Shown: piece by piece, positions 17,533-23,136 of the stretch
Numbering within the stretch: the first letter of the stretch is position 1
Layout: every line of letters begins with the position of its first letter
Assembly: GCA_964459075.1 (NCBI GenBank)
Contig: CAYWKE010000005.1
Span: 1-34,652 of the forward strand
DNA length: 34,652 bases
Origin: an uncultured Candidatus Saccharibacteria bacterium
GTDB taxonomy: Bacteria; Patescibacteriota; Minisyncoccia; Phycocordibacterales; UBA12088
Reading direction: 5' to 3'
Notes under the pieces: model-generated
Databases searched by the model: none
Seen by the model: only the letters and a program-made list of their open reading frames with translations
What the model was told of the DNA's origin: nothing
Position numbers and translations under genes: made by a program

Positions 17533-18504
17533 ATGGAAAGCAACACGTACCCGCAGTGCGATCAGCACGCCGTCGTACCACCTGAACAGGAGCCACCCAA
17601 GCGCATCGGTAAGTTTCGCGCGAGCTGGCTTCTGACCAAACAATCGTTCGCACTTCTGTGGGCCGACAAGGAAATGCTCTTCTTTCCACTCCTGGCCTGT
17701 TTCGCCTCGCTCATCTTCACAGGCCTCCTCATCACGTTCCTCATCTTCAACCTCGACCTTATCGAGCGGTTGAGCGAGGAGCAGGTGATGATAGCTGATT
17801 ATGTGGTCCTCTTCATCTCGTACGTTGCCTCCGCATTCTTTGTGACATTCTCCGGTGTTGGGGTGGCGTCCATCGTGCACGGACGCGTCTCGGGGCGCGA
17901 TCTCACGTTCGGTGACGGCTTCAGCGCCGCTGCGGCAAAAGTCGGGACCATTTTCATGTGGTCGTTGATATCGGCAACGGTTGGCATCATTCTCAAGTTG
18001 ATCGAACGGCAGAAAGTACTGGGAAGAATACTTGCCGCGGTCTTGGGTGTCGCGTGGGCTTTGATGACGTACTTTGTCATCCCCATAATTGCGCTCGAGC
18101 GTGTATCTGCGTGGCAAGGAACCAAGCTCTCGGCGAGCACCTTCAGGCGCATGTGGGGTGAGGTCTTGGTCACCAACTTTGGTATCGGTCTCTTTTTCAC
18201 TCTGGTCTTTGTGCTTGAGATCATCGCCTTCTTCGGCCTCATGGTAGCGGTATTCTCGGCACCAGATCCGAGTTTCCTTGCCGTGATCGGTCTTGCGGTT
18301 GCGTTCTTCCTCACACTCTTTGTGACCGCTCTCATCTCCACGACCATCGATGCCATCCTCAAAGTTGCGCTCTACCTGTACGCACGAGACGGCGTCGTTC
18401 CACAAGCGTTCAGTCCTGAATTGATCATAGGAATGGTGAAAGCGAAGAAGCCACCAGCGTCAATGTCGACAGCACCCACGTCTCACTCGAGTGTGCTATC
18501 ATAG
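17533..18504 (+). CDS. Multi-pass membrane protein (DUF6159-like)
   Basis: FRASWLLTKQSFALLWADKEMLFFP, YFVIPIIALE, S...FRRMWGE and ALYLYA; about 6 TM segments. Family assignment is from memory of motif pattern. Confidence 0.65.
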   Translation: MESNTYPQCDQHAVVPPEQEPPKRIGKFRASWLLTKQSFALLWADKEMLFFPLLACFASLIFTGLLITFLIFNLDLIERLSEEQVMIADYVVLFISYVASAFFVTFSGVGVASIVHGRVSGRDLTFGDGFSAAAAKVGTIFMWSLISATVGIILKLIERQKVLGRILAAVLGVAWALMTYFVIPIIALERVSAWQGTKLSASTFRRMWGEVLVTNFGIGLFFTLVFVLEIIAFFGLMVAVFSAPDPSFLAVIGLAVAFFLTLFVTALISTTIDAILKVALYLYARDGVVPQAFSPELIIGMVKAKKPPASMSTAPTSHSSVLS

Positions 18505-18510
18505 CCCTCA

Positions 18511-19110
18511 ATGGCTCAAGAAGAACTGTTCCAAGAGGGGTACGTCGAGGGGAAGATCTACCTCACCGGCATCATTTACCGCCTCACGGATCCCATTGAG
18601 TACCTCATGGTGAAGCCGGGTCGTTTCAAAGAAGCAGATGATGTCCACGTGCCGTGGATGATCCCCGGGGGGATCCTCTCCAGACGTGACCAGGTAGAGT
18701 TTCCTCGGGTGAACATCTCTGATCGGGCAGCAGGCACGGTGGAGCAGATCATCCGTGCGCACATTGTCACCACAATAGGGATCGAGATAACCGCTATTGA
18801 ATTCCTGCTCGATCCGAGTCACCGGCTCATGCCTGAGGTGCCAGTGATGGCATACTATGCGCGTTATGCGTCCGGGTTTCCGAATGAGGCGTTCGGCTAC
18901 CACAGCGATTGGTTCTCCTACGAGGAACTCCTTGATCTGAACGCCCACCAGGAGTCGTTGCGAGAGGTGAAGGCGCTTGATAACATCTTCCGCGAGCGCA
19001 ACATGTACCGCGAGATCGAGTCAGAGCTGACCGACCTGGTCGAAAAGCTTACTGCACTTGAGGGGTTCTACGGACGCATCGGCGCTCCTGATGAGACACA
19101 TTCGAACTGA
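18511..19110 (+). CDS. Hypothetical protein, possible degenerate Nudix fold
   Basis: YLMVK...WMIPGG without the REXXEE box; tightly packed between neighbours. Confidence 0.55.
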   Translation: MAQEELFQEGYVEGKIYLTGIIYRLTDPIEYLMVKPGRFKEADDVHVPWMIPGGILSRRDQVEFPRVNISDRAAGTVEQIIRAHIVTTIGIEITAIEFLLDPSHRLMPEVPVMAYYARYASGFPNEAFGYHSDWFSYEELLDLNAHQESLREVKALDNIFRERNMYREIESELTDLVEKLTALEGFYGRIGAPDETHSN

Positions 19111-19112
19111 AA

Positions 19113-20012
19113 ATGGCCACCCTCTACACACACCAGAGCGAGAACATTCGCAAGACGTGGTTTCTCATGGCCGCGTTCTTCATCGTGGTCATTGGTATCG
19201 CGTGGGGGGTGAGCTACTATTACGATAACCAGATCATTCTGTGGATCGCGGTAGGGTTTGCGCTCATTATGAACGTGGGAAGCTATTGGTACTCCGACAA
19301 GTTGGTCATTCGCATGACCGGCGCACAACCTGCTGACCCCAACGAGTATCGCGAACTCCACCGTATTGTGGAGAACCTCTCCATCACCGCCGGGCTCCCC
19401 AAGCCGAAGGTCTACATTATGAACGACCCGGCACCGAATGCATTTGCGACCGGGCGTGACCCGGAGCACGCGGCCGTCGCGTTCACCACGGGTCTCCTGC
19501 GTATCCTCGATCGCTCAGAACTAGAGGGTGTGGCCGCGCACGAGCTGGCCCACATCGGCAACCGCGACATGCTGGTGGCGACGGTCGCGGTCGTGCTCGC
19601 AGGTTTTGTCGCCATCATCGCAGACATCTTTATGCGATCGTTGTGGTTCGGTGTAGGAGGGGGAGACCGAAACAAAGGTGGGGGACTGATCGTCATCATC
19701 GGTATCGTACTTGCCATCCTGGCACCACTTGCGGCGACGATGATTCAAATGGCCATCTCACGCAAGCGCGAGTACCTGGCGGATGCCTCTGGTGCACTCC
19801 TGACCCGCTACCCTGAAGGGCTCGCCTCGGCGCTTGAGAAGATATCGAGCGCGGGCCGACCCATGCAGCGCACAAGCCACGCGACCGCGCACCTCTTTAT
19901 CGCGAACCCGTTCGGCCACGAGCGTGGCCTCATGTCAAAGGTCAACACGCTTTTCATGACCCACCCGCCTGCCCACGAGCGCATCGCCATTCTGCGGGGG
20001 ATGCAGGGGTAG
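19113..20012 (+). CDS. htpX: Zinc metalloprotease HtpX (M48)
   Basis: PNAFATGR, ELEGVAAHELAH (HExxH), SRKREYLAD and THPP. Confidence 0.95.
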   Translation: MATLYTHQSENIRKTWFLMAAFFIVVIGIAWGVSYYYDNQIILWIAVGFALIMNVGSYWYSDKLVIRMTGAQPADPNEYRELHRIVENLSITAGLPKPKVYIMNDPAPNAFATGRDPEHAAVAFTTGLLRILDRSELEGVAAHELAHIGNRDMLVATVAVVLAGFVAIIADIFMRSLWFGVGGGDRNKGGGLIVIIGIVLAILAPLAATMIQMAISRKREYLADASGALLTRYPEGLASALEKISSAGRPMQRTSHATAHLFIANPFGHERGLMSKVNTLFMTHPPAHERIAILRGMQG

Positions 20013-20079
20013 GGTTGCGAGATGCACAAGAGTTGTATAGTCTCTCATCAGAGATGAACTACCAAGGGAGTCGGCGGCA

Positions 20080-20700
20080 GTGGAAGATGAGGATTTCGAA
20101 CACCTAAGTCAGCAACAGCTCCGAAAACTTGTTCGAAAACAACGGAGTCAGTTGCAGAAAGAGCAAGCACGAAGAAAGCGGGCGGAACATGAACGCGATC
20201 ACGATCTGCTGACGGGATGCCTGACCCGTCGAGGGTTTGATCGAAGGGCACAAAGGCGTATCCGTATCGAGCGGCAGCGCTCACGCTCGAGCGGCATCGT
20301 TTTCTTCGATGTCGACGATTTCAAGTTGATCAACGATCGGCTTGGACACGAGGCGGGAGATGACTTCCTGACCCTTCTCGGTCGACGCTTGCGAGAGGAC
20401 TTACAGGAGTGCGAACTCATCGGAAGGAAAGGGGGCGACGAGTTCTGGATCCTTCTGTCGACAGGGGATCGATCCTATGCGGACATCACGGTGTGTCGCA
20501 TCGACGCTGTTCTTGAGGGCATTCGGCGTGAGTTTGTCGTCCTCTACGGTGAGAAAGCCATGAGGGGCGTACGTCTCACGGTGTCCGCCGGGGTATGCGT
20601 CTCGCGAAAGTATTCGCTCAGCAAGATGTGCGCACTTGCCGACAAGCGAATGTACGAGAACAAGTACAACAAAAAGCGAGAAGTGGAGCGGGCCTCATAA
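20080..20700 (+). CDS. Diguanylate cyclase (coiled coil plus GGDEF)
   Basis: HDLLTG, FFDVDDFKLINDRLGHEAGD, GRKGGDEF, TVSAG and ADKRMY. Confidence 0.9.
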   Translation: MEDEDFEHLSQQQLRKLVRKQRSQLQKEQARRKRAEHERDHDLLTGCLTRRGFDRRAQRRIRIERQRSRSSGIVFFDVDDFKLINDRLGHEAGDDFLTLLGRRLREDLQECELIGRKGGDEFWILLSTGDRSYADITVCRIDAVLEGIRREFVVLYGEKAMRGVRLTVSAGVCVSRKYSLSKMCALADKRMYENKYNKKREVERAS

Positions 20701-20726
20701 GCCCGCTCCCACTCATTTTTGACCTG

Positions 20727-20735
20727 TGCTATAGT
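20727..20735 (+). promoter_or_regulatory. Extended -10 promoter upstream of the tRNA-Ser locus
   Basis: TGCTATAGT ending 14 nt before the split tRNA 5' end at 20750. Confidence 0.55.
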
Positions 20736-20855
20736 ACGCCTCACGAATTGGAGAGGTGCCAGAGTGGTCGAATGGGCTCGCCCAGCACCAAGAGAACGTT
20801 GTCGAACTGGAGGATCGGAAGTACTACGTCCCAAACTCAACGAAATATTGTACAC

Positions 20856-20894
20856 TTGGTGCTGGGTATACCTGGAACGTATACCCAGCACCAA
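20856..20894. repeat. 39-bp palindrome: 16-bp arms around CTGGAAC; degenerate copy at 21048-21085
   Basis: TTGGTGCTGGGTATAC-CTGGAAC-GTATACCCAGCACCAA. Confidence 0.9.
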
Positions 20895-20897
20895 AGC

Positions 20898-20984
20898 GGA
20901 GGGTTCGCATAGTGGTCTAGTGCGCTCGCCTGGAACGCGAGTTGGGGTTCACGCCCCTCAGGAGTTCGAATCTCCTACCCTCCG
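20898..20984 (+). tRNA. tRNA-Ser(GGA)
   Basis: Acceptor stem GGAGGGT/ACCCTCC-G, D arm GCA..TGC, anticodon arm CTCGC-CTGGAAC-GCGAG, long variable arm GGGG..CCCC, T arm AGGAG-TTCGAAT-CTCCT. No encoded CCA. Confidence 0.95.
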
Positions 20985-21098
20985 CTTTGGTGCTGTGGCG
21001 AGTAGGCCGGAAACGGTCTCGGGAGTTCGAATCTACCTCCCTCCGCATTGATGCTGGGTATACCTGGACGTACATCCAGCACCAACGATAGTTGGTGC

Positions 21099-21143
21099 GG
21101 AGGGCGAGTTTGGGGGTAACGCCCCTCAGGAGTTCGGATCCCC
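21099..21143 (+). pseudogene. Decayed partial copy of tRNA-Ser(GGA) (D arm and anticodon loop deleted)
   Basis: GGAGG-GCGAGTTTGGGGGTAACGCCCCTCAGGAGTTCGGATCCCC, compared with the intact GCGAGTTGGGGTTCACGCCCCTCAGGAGTTCGAATCTCC. Confidence 0.7.
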
Positions 21144-21170
21144 ACGGAAGCCCTGTGAGGGCTTCCGTGG
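21142..21170. repeat. Perfect hairpin, 13-bp arms
   Basis: CCACGGAAGCCCT-GTG-AGGGCTTCCGTGG. Confidence 0.85.
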
Positions 21171-21371
21171 AATTCAAGACCTTGCCAGCCTGTTTCGAGT
21201 CCCGAGGGGCAAAGTAGTAAGCGACACGGAGTACAGCAGGCGTACTGTTTGATCTCCAACTCTTCACACTATTGAGCTAGTTCAAGGTAGTATGTACCCA
21301 TTCCATCAGCGAGAACCAGGTTCGAGGTAGACGCAGTACCCGGTTACCGACGATCTGATGCATTACTTCGT

Positions 21372-21950
21372 ATGAGAAAAGCGCTGCTTGTAAACGGCCA
21401 CCCAGGAGTACAGAGTCTCTCATCCGCTGCAGCCGCACGCGTGAAGCTAGCACTCGAGCGTTCAGATTGCAGCGTCGATGAACTGGATGCAAGCGCGTTG
21501 CCGTTGGCTGGTCATATTATTAAAGAGGCCTATCCTGATGCGTTCAGTGAGATCAGTCGTACACTGAATGACTATGCTATCATCGTATGTATCACACCAG
21601 TATGGTGGTATGGTCCAACAGCGGTCATGAAGAATTTCATAGACTGTGCATTGCAGGCAAAGAGACAGTTTGTGTATACGAAGAAGTACCGTTTTCTGCA
21701 ACCTATTCCAGAAGGTCTCATGAACAGAGACACGCGCGTGATCGTTATTACCACAAGTGGAGGCCCTGGCTCATGGTATCGATGGGGGCTAATGCCAAAC
21801 TATGGTTGGAAGATTCTCCGTGACAGTTTCGCTCTGTGTGGGGTGGCAAAAAGAAACATCACAAATTACCACTTTGGACCTGCTCGTGAGGGGGTTGAAC
21901 AGACCAAGATCGATAGGTGGCTACATGAACTCGAGACACTATCGTTCTGA
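21372..21950 (+). CDS. NAD(P)H-dependent oxidoreductase, flavodoxin-like fold (Flavodoxin_2/KefF-MdaB type)
   Basis: LLVNGHP...S, ITPVWWYGPTAVMKNFID and VITTSGGP; A/T-richer than flanking core genes. Confidence 0.85.
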   Translation: MRKALLVNGHPGVQSLSSAAAARVKLALERSDCSVDELDASALPLAGHIIKEAYPDAFSEISRTLNDYAIIVCITPVWWYGPTAVMKNFIDCALQAKRQFVYTKKYRFLQPIPEGLMNRDTRVIVITTSGGPGSWYRWGLMPNYGWKILRDSFALCGVAKRNITNYHFGPAREGVEQTKIDRWLHELETLSF

Positions 21951-22153
21951 ACCAGGAATGGTGTTGTTGGTTCCACGCTGTGCTTGATACGTCTCGGTGC
22001 GCCCTCGCGACGACACGCAGAAGTGTAGTGTGCAAGGTACGTATCCTAGCCCGTAGCAGCGGGGTGTCAGAGTGATCGAAGTGACGAGCGATGAGAACAC
22101 GACGGAGCACCTACTGCTCTCGTGGATGATTACGCATCACACGCACTTCACCG

Positions 22154-22173
22154 TCATACGATATATCGTATGA
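22154..22173. repeat. Perfect 20-bp palindrome
   Basis: TCATACGATATATCGTATGA equals its own reverse complement. Confidence 0.85.
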
Positions 22174-22266
22174 AATCTGTAGGGTACTGAGATCTCAGCT
22201 TCTTCTGAGCTAACATCACCTCTTGAGCTACCACCTCGAAATTCTCGATTGATCTGATGAAGGAGA

Positions 22267-22650
22267 TCAACACCCCCTATTTTCAAGCTCAGCAATGACC
22301 TCGTCCGCGATCTCGCGGTAGTTCGCTGTTGATTTTACGTAGAAGAGCGAGGCACCTGCAGCGCGGGCGCGCGCAAGGGTGTCTTCGTCACCAAGATTCG
22401 TGAGCATGGTGATAAGAGCAGGGTGCTCGGGTGCCCCAGAAATGTACCGCTCCACAAACTCGATACCATCCCCATCGGGGAGCATGACGTCAGCAAAGAT
22501 CACATCGAAACGGGCCGACGTTAACGCTTGCTCTGCGCTCTGAATGGTTTCCGCGTGGGTCACCTGAAAATACTGCTTGAGGTGCTCCAAGGCGAGGCCG
22601 GCGATGAATGCATCGTCCTCGAGCAAGAGCGCTGTGTATCCGTGTTCCAT
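22267..22650 (-). CDS. Stand-alone response regulator receiver domain
   Basis: LLLEDD, phosphoacceptor in ADVMLPDGDG, MLTN and YVKS. Confidence 0.88.
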   Translation of the reverse strand: MEHGYTALLLEDDAFIAGLALEHLKQYFQVTHAETIQSAEQALTSARFDVIFADVMLPDGDGIEFVERYISGAPEHPALITMLTNLGDEDTLARARAAGASLFYVKSTANYREIADEVIAELENRGC

Positions 22651-22658
22651 ATGCATGC

Positions 22659-22690
22659 ACTATACCATCCCCCCACATGGCTGGTATAGT
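22659..22690. promoter_or_regulatory. Back-to-back extended -10 elements for the divergent genes
   Basis: ACTATACCA (22659-22667; TGGTATAGT on the minus strand) and TGGTATAGT (22682-22690), 8 and 6 nt before the respective ATGs. Confidence 0.65.
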
Positions 22691-22696
22691 AGTGCT

Positions 22697-23131
22697 ATGC
22701 GGATATACTTTGCAGGCTCCATTCGAGGCGGGAAAGACGACCTCGAGATCTACGCCTCAATCATCGACTTGCTGAGTCACTACGGCATGGTGCACTCGGA
22801 CCACATGCAGGATTCTTTGAACCCGGCTGTGGGAAGTGAGCTCTCCGATAGAGAGATCTTCAAACGCGACCTGAAGGCATTGCACGAGGCGCAGGTTGTG
22901 GTCGCGGAGATCACGCAGCCGTCACTCGGTGTAGGGTACCAGATAGGTGTGGCGGAGGGTCTCGGCATACCGATCCTCTGTTTGTACCGAAACCTGCCCG
23001 ATCGACACGTCTCGGCCATGATGACCGGCAACGAGCAGTTGCTCCTCCGAACCTATACGAATTTGGTCGATGTGGAACGTATCCTAGAATCGTTCTTTGG
23101 GGAGCTGACCAGCGTCTCCGCAGCTTCCTAA
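22697..23131 (+). CDS. Nucleoside 2-deoxyribosyltransferase family / DNPH1(Rcl)-like protein
   Basis: MRIYFAGSIRGG, IFKRD, VVAEITQPSLGVGYQIG and VSAMMTG. Confidence 0.85.
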   Translation: MRIYFAGSIRGGKDDLEIYASIIDLLSHYGMVHSDHMQDSLNPAVGSELSDREIFKRDLKALHEAQVVVAEITQPSLGVGYQIGVAEGLGIPILCLYRNLPDRHVSAMMTGNEQLLLRTYTNLVDVERILESFFGELTSVSAAS

Positions 23132-23136
23132 GCACT

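Larger units (their letters stand above)
20750..21045 (+). pseudogene. Split tRNA-Ser-like gene: 5' half 20750-20781, 3' half 20998-21045, interrupted at the anticodon loop
   Basis: 5' half GGAGAGGTGCCAGAGTGGTCGAATGGGCTCGC. 3' half GCGAG-TA-GGCCG-GAAA-CGGTC-TC-GGGAG-TTCGAAT-CTACC-TCCCTCC-G. One T-stem and one acceptor-stem mismatch. Confidence 0.65.

Noticed and set aside
17482-18405. 307-aa minus-strand ORF, and similar long antisense ORFs such as 7119-7850, 8441-9073 and 30166-30762
   Set aside because: These are shadows of well-supported genes on the opposite strand in GC-rich DNA.
20782-20997. Group I or group II intron in tRNA-Ser
   Set aside because: No recognisable P7 core, terminal-G context or domain V. 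The non-tRNA portion is too short and is explained by inverted repeats.
20781-21101. CRISPR array
   Set aside because: Repeats occur in both orientations, spacing is irregular, the intervening sequences are largely tRNA-derived, and no cas genes are present.
20595-21267. ORFs overlapping the tRNA-Ser locus
   Set aside because: They are translations of tRNA and palindrome sequence with no protein motifs.
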